A DNA stretch of 64,000 nt from Dehalococcoidia bacterium (GTDB taxonomy: Bacteria; Chloroflexota; Dehalococcoidia; SZUA-161; JAUWZY01): positions 21,156 through 85,155 of the forward strand of contig DAOULY010000004.1 of NCBI GenBank assembly GCA_034414595.1, given 5' to 3'. The position numbers were made by a program, and so were the translations under genes. The number at the start of each line of letters is the position of its first letter. The stretch's first letter is position 1. Shown here one piece after another: positions 55,867 to 64,000 of the stretch. The notes under the pieces were generated by a model. That model did not search any database and was not told the DNA's origin. It was given only the letters and a program-made list of their open reading frames with translations.

Positions 55867-55977
55867 ACTCATGGTCAGGACACAGAGATTGCCCTCTTCA
55901 CCAATTTCAACATGGTCATCAGCTAATTTCACTACGGGACAGCAAGAACCCTCTGCACACAGATAAATGATTTTCAC
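55822..55977 (-). CDS. small Cys-rich protein (51 aa, below the ORF-track cutoff)
   Basis: GTG start 7 nt after aaggagg. Reads MKIIYLCAEGSCCPVVKLADDHVEIGEEGNLCVLTMSEWETLKSKILNNEI*. Its 3' end lies in repeat copy b, and copy a retains a remnant of it. Confidence 0.5.
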   Translation of the reverse strand: MKIIYLCAEGSCCPVVKLADDHVEIGEEGNLCVLTMSEWETLKSKILNNEI

Positions 55978-56006
55978 CTTCGTACCTCCTTATTCCTTAA
56001 TTTTAA

Positions 56007-56078
56007 TGGCAGCGGCAGGATTCGAACCTGCGACCAAAGGCTTATGAGTCCCTTGCTCTACCCCTGAGCTACGCTGCC
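56007..56078 (-). tRNA. tRNA with CAU anticodon (Met, or Ile2 if lysidinylated); CCA not encoded
   Basis: Minus strand GGCAGCG-TA-GCTC-AGGGGTA-GAGC-A-AGGGA-CTCATAA-GCCTT-TGGTC-GCAGG-TTCGAAT-CCTGC-CGCTGCC-A. This is a cloverleaf with a 7-bp acceptor and a GTTCGAATC T-loop. There is one A:G mismatch at 31:39. Confidence 0.85.
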
Positions 56079-56118
56079 ACATTTTGAATATAGCAATCAC
56101 AGATATTTGATGTCAACC

Positions 56119-57309
56119 TCATCCCCTGGCGGCAAGAAGCGCCACCACCCTGCCCAGTACCCTGTGGGCCACCTCAGTCTTAGACAGCAGTGGCAGATGC
56201 TCCGTACCCTGGCTATCGATGAGGATTACCCGGTTGGTATCCACGGCAAAGCCGCTATCAGGAGCGGTGACGTCGTTGGCCACAATGAGGTCGAGCCCTT
56301 TCTCCGCCAGCTTCTTCTTGGCGTTTCGCACCAGACGCTCTGTTTCGGCAGCAAAGCCAACCTTTAGCGGCCCTGAAATCTGGCTCAGGATGTCTGGATT
56401 CGGCACCAGCTCCAGAGTCAGGGGCTTAGCAGCAACTCTCTTAATTTTACTCTTAACCGGAGTCGCTGGACGGTAATCGGCTACCGCCGCAGCCATGATC
56501 ACAGCATCGGCCCCGCCCGTCCGCTGCATGATGGCGTCCTGCATCTGTAGCGCAGTCTGGACCCAAACAACCTCAACACCAACCGGAGGCTTGAGCGCGG
56601 TTGGCGCGCTGATCAGGATCACCGTAGCCCCGCGGTCTCTGGCAGCCGCGGCGAGGGCATAGCCCATCTTCCCCGAGGAGCGATTGCTGAGATAACGGAC
56701 GGGATCGAGGGCCTCCTGAGTTCCCCCAGCGCTGACCAGTATTTTTCGCCCTGCCAGGTCGCCGCCCTGGCCCAGAACCTGGTGAATCGTGCCCAGGATT
56801 TCATCCATCTCAGCCAGGCGGCCCAGGCCCACAGCCCCCGAGGCCAGTCGCCCATAGCCCGGACCTACGATGATGAAACCTCGAGAGCGGAGCTTTTCTT
56901 GGTTCTGCTGGGTTATATCATTCTGGTACATGCCGAGGTCCATGGCCGGGGCCAGGATTATCGGGGCACTGGTGGCGAGCACGGTGCAGCTCAACAAGTC
57001 ATCGGCGATTCCTGTTGCCAGTTTGGCCATGGTGTTGGCGGTTGCCGGGGCGATGACCACTGCGTCGGCCCGCTCCGCCAGCGCAACGTGCTCCAGGCTG
57101 AACTCGGTGACCGGGGCGAACATGTCAACCAGCGCCGGTCGGTGAGTAATGGCACGAAAGCTGAGCGGGGTCACAAACTCAGTGGCAGCCTTGGTCAGGA
57201 CCACATCAACGTTGATCCCCTCTTGGCTGAGCTTACTGGCCAGGTCCACCGCTTTGTAGGCGGCGATGCTGCCGGTAACTCCTAAGACGACGGTCTTACC
57301 AGAGAACAT
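56119..57309 (-). CDS. coaBC: bifunctional phosphopantothenoylcysteine decarboxylase/synthetase
   Basis: 396 aa. VVLGVTGSIAAYKAVDL flavoprotein N-terminus. C-terminal CoaB half with ISNRSSGKMG. Confidence 0.92.
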   Translation of the reverse strand: MFSGKTVVLGVTGSIAAYKAVDLASKLSQEGINVDVVLTKAATEFVTPLSFRAITHRPALVDMFAPVTEFSLEHVALAERADAVVIAPATANTMAKLATGIADDLLSCTVLATSAPIILAPAMDLGMYQNDITQQNQEKLRSRGFIIVGPGYGRLASGAVGLGRLAEMDEILGTIHQVLGQGGDLAGRKILVSAGGTQEALDPVRYLSNRSSGKMGYALAAAARDRGATVILISAPTALKPPVGVEVVWVQTALQMQDAIMQRTGGADAVIMAAAVADYRPATPVKSKIKRVAAKPLTLELVPNPDILSQISGPLKVGFAAETERLVRNAKKKLAEKGLDLIVANDVTAPDSGFAVDTNRVILIDSQGTEHLPLLSKTEVAHRVLGRVVALLAARG

Positions 57310-57317
57310 ACCCCTCC

Positions 57318-58088
57318 CTATCGCTTAGTATTCAATTCATGGATTATGCGTAATCCGTTCAGAGTCAGATCGGGGTCCACCAGCTCGATGACCTTGGTCT
57401 CCTTGGCGATGAGATCGGCGAAGCCTCCGGTGGCGACTACCCGGGCCTCCTCAGCGAGCTCATGTTTGATCTGGGCCACCAGTCCCTCCACCAACGCAAC
57501 ATAGCCAAATACGATGCCTGCTTGCATGGCGGAGACGGTATTTTTGCCGATGACCCGCTTGGGACGGACCAGTTCAACCCGGGGCAGTTTGGCTGTGCTC
57601 TGAAACAGGCCTTCGGCGGCTACACCGATGCCTGGGGCCACAGCGCCACCAAGGTAATCGCCTTCCTGTGATACCACGTCGAAAGTGGTGGCGGTGCCGA
57701 AGTCGATGACGATCAGTGGACCTCCGTAGAGACGGTGCCCGGCCACCGCATTGATAACACGATCAGTACCGACCTCGCGCGGATTGTCCATCCGGATACG
57801 AACCCCGGTTTTCATCCCTGAGCCGACGACTAATGGCGAGATTTTTAAATAACGCCGACACAGCTCATCAAAGGTGCTTACCAAGGGCGGGACTACACTG
57901 CAAATAATCGCTTCCTTGATATCGGACAGGGAGATTCCACTGTTGGGCAAGAGGTCTAACAGTATCGCCGCATATTCATCTGCCAGCTTGTGTACGTCGG
58001 TGGCAAGATGCCAGGTGGCGCTGAGCCTATCATCTCGGAAAACTCCGATAGCGATAGTGGTATTGCCAATATCAACTGCCAGCAACAT
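57318..58088 (-). CDS. coaX: type III pantothenate kinase
   Basis: MLLAVDIGNTTIAIGVF..., IVIDFGTATTFD, ASKHA-fold motifs. Confidence 0.9.
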   Translation of the reverse strand: MLLAVDIGNTTIAIGVFRDDRLSATWHLATDVHKLADEYAAILLDLLPNSGISLSDIKEAIICSVVPPLVSTFDELCRRYLKISPLVVGSGMKTGVRIRMDNPREVGTDRVINAVAGHRLYGGPLIVIDFGTATTFDVVSQEGDYLGGAVAPGIGVAAEGLFQSTAKLPRVELVRPKRVIGKNTVSAMQAGIVFGYVALVEGLVAQIKHELAEEARVVATGGFADLIAKETKVIELVDPDLTLNGLRIIHELNTKR

Positions 58089-58123
58089 TTCAATGCAATC
58101 ATTATAGCGGAGTTCGGCTGCGG

Positions 58124-59305
58124 CTACAATGTCGTTTGCGGGAACATGGCACTGGCTGCGGCGGTGACCACGCGGTAGACCTCCTGAAGGGGTAGACCAT
58201 GTTCCACGGCGAGACGGCGGCAGTCTTCATATTCCGGCACCATGGCCACTGGGGTGCCATGAAGCCGCTTGACCTTGACCAGGGCTCGACCTAAGCTGGT
58301 CATGACCTCCATCACTTCACGCTCCGCCTCGTGGCGGCGCACCGCCTGGACTCGGACCCCGAGAGTTGAGGTCTCACGGAGTATGGTCTCAACCAGTGCC
58401 CCCTCAGCCTGGGCCCGGGCCAGGACGGAGAGCGTGACCGCAGGCCGGTTCTTCTTCATCTGAATGGGCACGAACCAAACATCCGCAGCCCCTTGAGCCA
58501 GCAGCTGCTCCATAACATAGCCATAAAGCTCTGGGTTCATGTCGTCGATGTTGGTCTCGAGAAGCAGCAGGTCCGCTTCGGTGGGCTCGAGCGCTTGCCC
58601 CAGCCAGAGCCGCAACATATGGCGAGCGCCGATGCCATAGCCAATGCGCTCCAAAGCTATCACCGGTCGCTCAAAGGAAGCCAGAGCTGTAATGATAGCA
58701 GCTGCAGTGGGGGTCACCAGCTCTCCAACCTCTGAGGTGGGGCGCACCGGTGCCTGGGACATGGCCAGTAGTTCCAGAGTTGCCGGCGCTGGGGCGGGCA
58801 GGGTACCGTGGGCACTATCTATGGTGCCGCTGCCCAGAGGCAGAACTGAGGCCAATACTCGCTCCACGGCGAGGAACTCCAGTCCCAGCAGGACGCCGAT
58901 GACGTCGATGATGGCATCAACAGCGCCCACCTCGTGGAAGTGCACCTCTTCCACTGCAATGCCGTGCACCTTGGCTTCAGCCTCAGCCAGGCGGCTGAAG
59001 ATAATAGCCCCTTGCTCCTTCACCGATTGTGGCAGGTCGCTGGCGGAGATTATATTGAGGATCTGGCTGAGAGAGCGATGCTCCGTTTCCTGGCTCTGAT
59101 CGAGGGAAACGGTAACTTTGGTGCCGGCTAGCGGACCATGCCACGCCTTTTCCGCTAGAAGCTGATAGCCAGTGAGGGGCAGCTTGGATAGCTGGGAGAT
59201 TAGTGCCTCAAGGGGCAAGCCGACATCGACCAAAGCGCCGAGGAGCATATCGCCGCCGGCCCCGGCAAAGCAATCGAGATAAGCGACCCTCAAGACAGCC
59301 CCCAA
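58124..59305 (-). CDS. larC: nickel-pincer cofactor nickel insertion protein LarC (DUF111)
   Basis: YLDCFAGAGGDMLLGALVDVGL, HFHEVGAVDAIIDVIG, C-terminal ACT-like half. Confidence 0.88.
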   Translation of the reverse strand: MGAVLRVAYLDCFAGAGGDMLLGALVDVGLPLEALISQLSKLPLTGYQLLAEKAWHGPLAGTKVTVSLDQSQETEHRSLSQILNIISASDLPQSVKEQGAIIFSRLAEAEAKVHGIAVEEVHFHEVGAVDAIIDVIGVLLGLEFLAVERVLASVLPLGSGTIDSAHGTLPAPAPATLELLAMSQAPVRPTSEVGELVTPTAAAIITALASFERPVIALERIGYGIGARHMLRLWLGQALEPTEADLLLLETNIDDMNPELYGYVMEQLLAQGAADVWFVPIQMKKNRPAVTLSVLARAQAEGALVETILRETSTLGVRVQAVRRHEAEREVMEVMTSLGRALVKVKRLHGTPVAMVPEYEDCRRLAVEHGLPLQEVYRVVTAAASAMFPQTTL

Positions 59306-59806
59306 TCACTCCCGGATAATCAGCCTGATCTTGTGCTTGCGCCATAGATCGGCTTTGAGCTCCCAATCGGTCCAGTGCTTATACGTCTCCCCGCTTTCCA
59401 TGTTGAGGACGAAGGCAATGACCGCAGGGTAATATCGGGAGTAGATGAGTGCCTGTCCAATGGCGGAGCCGACCTTTGACTCCAGCTCACCTCCGCCTTT
59501 GACCAGCTTCAACACAAAGGCCACCGCAGGGAACTCGGTGACCTCTATGGCCAGGTCAGGGCAAAAATCGGTGCCGAAGATGGAGATCGGCTGCAACCCC
59601 TTGGCACGCTCCTGGATTTCGTAGGGCAGGCCCAGAGGGCCGAATTTCCCTTGGGCGAACTTCCGCACTGCCCGGATCACATCAGCCTTCAGCCTGGCCT
59701 CACTGCGATACTCGGTTTTGAGGGAGGCAGCCAGAAGCTCGTTGGAGAGCTGGTCTACGAAATCAGCAGCACCGAGATAGCGAAGTTCCTCAGCCATGAG
59801 CAGCAC
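59306..59806 (-). CDS. hypothetical protein inserted between larB and larC
   Basis: 166-aa ORF abutting the larC start and overlapping the larB stop. No motif recognised with confidence (FCPDLAIEV...VLKLVK is only vaguely PD-(D/E)xK-like). Confidence 0.55.
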   Translation of the reverse strand: MLLMAEELRYLGAADFVDQLSNELLAASLKTEYRSEARLKADVIRAVRKFAQGKFGPLGLPYEIQERAKGLQPISIFGTDFCPDLAIEVTEFPAVAFVLKLVKGGGELESKVGSAIGQALIYSRYYPAVIAFVLNMESGETYKHWTDWELKADLWRKHKIRLIIRE

Positions 59807-60533
59807 TCCGGTTGATCATAGCGGCAAGATAGCCCGCGCCAAAGCCGTTATCGATGTTTACCACTCCTACCCCAGGAGAACAGCTATTGAGCATGGCGAG
59901 CAAGGGGGCCAGTCCACCAAAGCTGGCACCATAGCCGGCGCTGGTGGGCACGGCGATCACCGGCACTGCCACCAGACCGCTGATGATGCTGGGCAATGCT
60001 CCCTCCATGCCAGCCACGACGACCACCACCCTGGCCTGGCGCAGTCGTGGCAGCTGATCGAATAAACGATGAATGCCGGAGACACCGACGTCATAGGCTC
60101 GATCAACCTCGTTGCCCATGAGTTCGGCGGTGATTGTGGCCTCCTCGGCCACCGGCAGGTCTGCAGTCCCGGCACTGACCACCGAGACCCCAGGGTCAGG
60201 AGTAGTGTCCTGAGTTCGGTCTACGGTGATGGCACGGGGAACGGGGTGATAAACAGCCTCTGGCACCCGCTCCTGGACCAGGGTGAAGCACTCCTGGTCA
60301 ACGCGGGTCACCAGCACCTTATCGGCATTGGCTGCTACACGCTCGACAATAGCGACCACTTGCTGCTTCGTCTTTCCCTGGCCGAAGACCACTTCGGGAA
60401 AGCCACGGCGCAGCGCCCTATGATGGTCGATCTTGGCGAAGCCTAAATCCTCATAGGGAAGGAGACGCAATTCTGCTATCGCCTGCTCAACAGGAATCTC
60501 ACCGGATTTCACCCTGCTCAAGAGTTGGGACAA
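59790..60533 (-). CDS. larB: nickel-pincer cofactor biosynthesis protein LarB (AIR-carboxylase-like)
   Basis: DHHRALRRGFPEVVFGQGKT, VVVVAGMEGALPS, VPTSAGYGASFGG...VNIDNGFGAG. Confidence 0.9.
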   Translation of the reverse strand: MSQLLSRVKSGEIPVEQAIAELRLLPYEDLGFAKIDHHRALRRGFPEVVFGQGKTKQQVVAIVERVAANADKVLVTRVDQECFTLVQERVPEAVYHPVPRAITVDRTQDTTPDPGVSVVSAGTADLPVAEEATITAELMGNEVDRAYDVGVSGIHRLFDQLPRLRQARVVVVVAGMEGALPSIISGLVAVPVIAVPTSAGYGASFGGLAPLLAMLNSCSPGVGVVNIDNGFGAGYLAAMINRSAAHG

Positions 60534-60563
60534 ATGCTCCTCGTCGATGCTGAGCCCACCTCT

Positions 60564-61967
60564 CTATGTGATTTCCGTGTGGCCAGCAAGATAGCATTTG
60601 GGGTCGGTGAGCATCTTCGCTGCCTTGCGTAGCCTTTTCAGGTGGGACAATGAGAATCGTCCGCTGCGCAGCCGACCTACGGCCTTCTTGATGCCACCGC
60701 CCCCGGCCATGGAACGCTCGGAGACGCTGGCATAGAGTTTGCTCAATTCGTTATAGAAATCGGGGAGGGGGAGTTTGGTGGGCAAAACGGCGTGGAGGCC
60801 ATCAAAAAGCTCATGATTTCTGGTCACGATACTTTCCTTCACCTGAGCGAAAAGGTCGGTGCCGGGAAGCGGCGTCAGCACCGTGAACTGGGTGGTCCTG
60901 ATGCGGAGCCTCTCCACATATTGGCGCAGCCTGGCGAAGCCTTCAACGGTTTCCTCAGGGTCCACTATGAAGGCGGCCACCACTCCTACCCCGTGGGAAT
61001 AGAGAATATCCAGGGCCTTCTCATTGTTCTCCACGGTGTTGTTCTTGTTGACTGCCTTGAGTGCCTCCTCATCGATCTTCTCAAAGCCGATGAACACTCC
61101 TCCAAGCCCGAGCTCGCTCCAAAGAGGGACCAGATCTGGATGCTTGACGATGGTATCGCTCCGGGCTTGGATATAATACTGCTTCTTGATCTTGTTTTCC
61201 TTGATCAGCTCTGCAAGTTTTTGCGCACGGGGGACGTTGCTGAGGAAGTTGTCATCCGAAAACAGGATGGCATCGGCATCCACGGTGAGCAGTTCTTCGA
61301 GCACCCTCTCGGCACTCTTGAACCTGACCTTGTCCTGAAAGAATTTATGCACTGAGCAGAAGTTGCAGCGGTAGGGGCATCCCCTGGCGGTCTCCACCAG
61401 GGCCACAGGATGCTCAAAGCCGAGAAAATACTGCTTTCGCAGTGGTTTGGACAGGTGGCGTGCGGGGAGCGGAAGCTGATCCATGTCCTTGACCAGGCTT
61501 CGTGTCCCGGTGAGGACCTGCTCTCCATCCTGGTTCAAGGCCAGCCCAAGAACCGACCTCAGGTCGCCATTTTGGCTTAGGCGCGACACCAGCTCGGCGA
61601 ATGTTGGCTCGCCTTCTCCGATGACAATGGCATCGATGAAGTCACTGATGAAATCTTCGGGAGTCAGTGAGGCATGATGACCACCGATAACCACGAAGGG
61701 CTCACATTGGCTCTTCTTGGCAAACTCAGCGATCCGCAATGCTGCGTTGACATCCATGGTAAAAGAGCAGGAGATGGCGCAGATATCAGGCTGGAATGAG
61801 GAGAGGGTGCCTGCCAGGGTGTCGTGATCAAACAGGTCCAGTAGCTTGAGGTCATGCCCCGGCTCCAAAGCAGCAGCAATGTACTCCAGGCCCAGCGGCT
61901 CCAGGCACATAAGCCCGGCCAGGCCCAATTCCTCCTTTTGCCTCGGCTGTATCAACAGGATCTTCAT
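60564..61967 (-). CDS. B12-binding domain radical SAM protein
   Basis: N-terminal cobalamin-binding-like Rossmann (KILLIQP...ICAISCSF...VVIGGHH), then ARGCPYRCNFCSV (CxxxCxxC). Confidence 0.88.
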   Translation of the reverse strand: MKILLIQPRQKEELGLAGLMCLEPLGLEYIAAALEPGHDLKLLDLFDHDTLAGTLSSFQPDICAISCSFTMDVNAALRIAEFAKKSQCEPFVVIGGHHASLTPEDFISDFIDAIVIGEGEPTFAELVSRLSQNGDLRSVLGLALNQDGEQVLTGTRSLVKDMDQLPLPARHLSKPLRKQYFLGFEHPVALVETARGCPYRCNFCSVHKFFQDKVRFKSAERVLEELLTVDADAILFSDDNFLSNVPRAQKLAELIKENKIKKQYYIQARSDTIVKHPDLVPLWSELGLGGVFIGFEKIDEEALKAVNKNNTVENNEKALDILYSHGVGVVAAFIVDPEETVEGFARLRQYVERLRIRTTQFTVLTPLPGTDLFAQVKESIVTRNHELFDGLHAVLPTKLPLPDFYNELSKLYASVSERSMAGGGGIKKAVGRLRSGRFSLSHLKRLRKAAKMLTDPKCYLAGHTEIT

Positions 61968-61983
61968 TTACCACCCCCCAAAT

Positions 61984-62712
61984 TTATCGTTCTATAACAA
62001 GTGCTTCTTCTTCCTCGAAGGAAGCAACTGGAAGCTGGTTGGCACCACGCAGGTGCTGCAGATAGACCAGGGCTTTCTTGGTATCACTGGCCACCCGGGC
62101 CCGTTCGGAGTTCCGCAGCCGATATTGGAACAGCCAATAGGTGAACTCCCTGAGCTCGGAGACGTTGATGCTGTCGCCGTGGTCGTAGCCTGTTTCCTCG
62201 CGGAAGCGCTGGAGCAGGCTCAACTGGTCGGTCCCGTAGATTCGGAGATAGCTATCTTGGGAATGCTCCTGGAACACATGAGCCCGGCGCTCCTTATCGA
62301 TCTCATCCTCCACGGTGAGGAGCAGGGCCCGCTCCACAACTATCCCGTAGAAGTAGTTGAGGTAGGCGCGATACTTGGCGCTGCCGATGAGCGTCTTGAA
62401 TTCCTGCTCAGTGAGCTCAAGAGGTGGCTGGCCCGAGAAGAGGAAATCCACCATCTCCTGCTCCGGAACCAGCCCATCGACCTCCTGGCACAGGCGCTCA
62501 GCGAGGAGCAGCCAGTCGAAGGCCTCGCCCGCGATGAGATAGCGATAGTGACGCCCCTGATATGTCTCCTCGGCGGATATCCAGAGCCCCATGGCCTCAA
62601 GCAGGGCCAGATACCAGTGCTTGCCCGAGATCAGCGCCTGCTTGAAGTGCTCTATAGCCTCCTTGTCCCCGGAGACATTTGGCAGCTCTTTCTCTTTCCT
62701 CTTCTTCACCAT
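61984..62712 (-). CDS. conserved hypothetical protein
   Basis: 242-aa ORF with normal K/E/Y/F-rich composition, 7-nt overlap with the polX stop, and 16 nt upstream of the radical SAM gene. Preferred over the antisense 345-aa ORF. Confidence 0.6.
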   Translation of the reverse strand: MVKKRKEKELPNVSGDKEAIEHFKQALISGKHWYLALLEAMGLWISAEETYQGRHYRYLIAGEAFDWLLLAERLCQEVDGLVPEQEMVDFLFSGQPPLELTEQEFKTLIGSAKYRAYLNYFYGIVVERALLLTVEDEIDKERRAHVFQEHSQDSYLRIYGTDQLSLLQRFREETGYDHGDSINVSELREFTYWLFQYRLRNSERARVASDTKKALVYLQHLRGANQLPVASFEEEEALVIER

Positions 62713-64000
62713 CTCGACCCTAACAGCGCCTCTACAGGCTTGGTGTTCTCAATGTCATCGGCCTGGCACCAGCCCCGCCGCGCCACCCTGATGCCGAAGC
62801 GCATCAGGGCAAGCTGGTCCACACTGTGGGCGTCGGTGCCTATGACCAGCTTCACCCCCAGCTCCCGCGCCCGAAACACATGAATATCCTTGAGGTCCAT
62901 TCGATCGGGCATGGCGTTGATCTCCAGCGCGGTGTTGGTGCGAAGTGCTGCCTTGAATACCTCTTCCATGTCGATACTCACCGGCTCCCGCTTTCCCAAG
63001 CGTCGGCAGGTTGGATGGGCCAGGACATCGACATGGGGACTCTCCAGCGCCTTGAGCACCCTGCGAGTCATCTCGGCCTCACTCTGGTCCATCGCTGAGT
63101 GTACCGCCGCAATCACGATGTCGAGCTCCGACAGAATCTCATCGGCAAAGTCCAGAGAGCCATCGGCTCTAATATCAACTTCGATTCCTGTGAGTATTCT
63201 AATCCCATTTAGGGTTTGATTCAATCCCCCAATCTCAGCAATTTGCTGCCTCAGCCGCTCCTCATTCAGCCCGTGGGCGATGCCCCGCCCGGCGGAGTGC
63301 TCGGTGATGGCGATATATTGATAGCCCCGCGCCCTGGCGGCCAGGGCCATGGCTTCGATGGAGTCATGACCGTCGCTCCACTCGCTGTGAATATGGAGGT
63401 CGCCTTTGATATCGGAGAACTCGACCAATCTGGGCAATGTGCCGCTCTCCGCTCTCTCTATCTCGTCGCGCCCTTCCCTGAGCTCGGGGGGGATTAAATC
63501 GAGGCCCAATCGGTGATAATAGCCCTCTTCGGTGGGGAACTTCTCGGTCTTCTTCGCCTTCAAGGCAGTGATGCCATATTCGCTGATCTTGAGCCCCTGT
63601 CGCACCGCCCGCTCTCTGAGGGCGATGTTGTGGTCCTTGCTCCCGGTGAAGTACTGGAGCAGGGAGCCAAAGCAGTCCTCCTCGACCATGCGCAGGTCAA
63701 CCTGGAGCCCGGCGCCGACGATGACGCTGGCCTTGGTCGTCCCCTGGACCAGCACCTCGTCAACCTGCGGCAGCTCGATGAAATTTTGCAGCACCTGCTC
63801 TGGCTCAGAGGCCGTGCCCATGATATCGAGGTCGCCGATGGTCTCCTTAAAACGGCGCAGGCTCCCCGCCGCCACCAGATTGTGTGCCCCGGTGCGCTCT
63901 CTCAGGGCCGGTATGATGCTCTCTACTACTTCCATGGCCTGCCCCAGCGGCACCCGCTGGTCCTTGCGCCGCAATGCCTGGACGCGGCGCAGGATGTTCT
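62706..64000 (-). CDS. polX: DNA polymerase X family protein with C-terminal PHP domain (5' end outside window)
   Basis: GSLRRFKETIGDLDIMG (Pol-beta nucleotidyltransferase), DLHIHSEWSDG...ITEHS...GTDAH (PHP). The reading frame stays open to the window edge. Confidence 0.88.
   Translation of the reverse strand, partial: NILRRVQALRRKDQRVPLGQAMEVVESIIPALRERTGAHNLVAAGSLRRFKETIGDLDIMGTASEPEQVLQNFIELPQVDEVLVQGTTKASVIVGAGLQVDLRMVEEDCFGSLLQYFTGSKDHNIALRERAVRQGLKISEYGITALKAKKTEKFPTEEGYYHRLGLDLIPPELREGRDEIERAESGTLPRLVEFSDIKGDLHIHSEWSDGHDSIEAMALAARARGYQYIAITEHSAGRGIAHGLNEERLRQQIAEIGGLNQTLNGIRILTGIEVDIRADGSLDFADEILSELDIVIAAVHSAMDQSEAEMTRRVLKALESPHVDVLAHPTCRRLGKREPVSIDMEEVFKAALRTNTALEINAMPDRMDLKDIHVFRARELGVKLVIGTDAHSVDQLALMRFGIRVARRGWCQADDIENTKPVEALLGSRW

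Noticed and set aside
61846-62883. 345-aa plus-strand ORF spanning the radical SAM start, the 242-aa gene and the polX end.
   Set aside because: It overlaps three minus-strand genes that have clear motifs or operon-like spacing. Its own sequence is low-complexity (L/P/G/E-rich) with no RBS, so it is treated as an antisense artefact.

Overview
The window has three parts. (1) About 2.2-13.5 kb is a visibly AT-rich accessory segment. Hand-counted 60-nt lines give 25/60 GC at 10201 and 21/60 at 12001, against 40/60 at 20401. It holds three tandem MDR-dehydrogenase paralogs followed by unrelated single-gene modules: an RHH-like protein, a 4-hydroxybutyryl-CoA dehydratase-family enzyme, a UPF0261/Tm-1-like protein, and a 1011-aa metallophosphoesterase fused to a degenerate STAND-like NTPase. 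The modules are separated by repeated junction sequences that match the 5' flank and both ends of a tyrosine-recombinase gene. The only intact copy of that gene is at 53780-54724, next to a tRNA(CAU). (2) About 15-53.5 kb is GC-rich anaerobic redox metabolism. One operon is hdrA(giant fusion)-mvhD-metV-metF-hdrCB, i.e. a Moorella-type MetFV-Hdr. Then come otsA and two convergent NarL-type two-component pairs, followed by a regulatory block of a sigma-54-like factor, a [FeFe]-hydrogenase-like sensor histidine kinase, an NtrC-type activator and a receiver-TPR-Cys-motif protein behind a near-consensus sigma-54 promoter. Next is a NuoE/NuoF/HoxU-like diaphorase operon, divergent from hdrC-hdrB-hdrA(GltD insertion)-[receiver::GltD-like::ferredoxin]-mvhD-mvhG-mvhA-protease-hypA'-hypC'. 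(3) About 56-64 kb is housekeeping: coaBC, coaX, larC, larB, a B12-radical SAM gene and polX. The most unusual signals are a receiver domain fused to a redox subunit inside the Hdr/Mvh operon, paralogous to the receiver behind the sigma-54 promoter; the integrase-scar junction array with tRNA 3'-half copies; and the phosphoesterase-STAND protein. No CRISPR array or rRNA was seen. All calls come from motif reading by eye, and no database search was possible.
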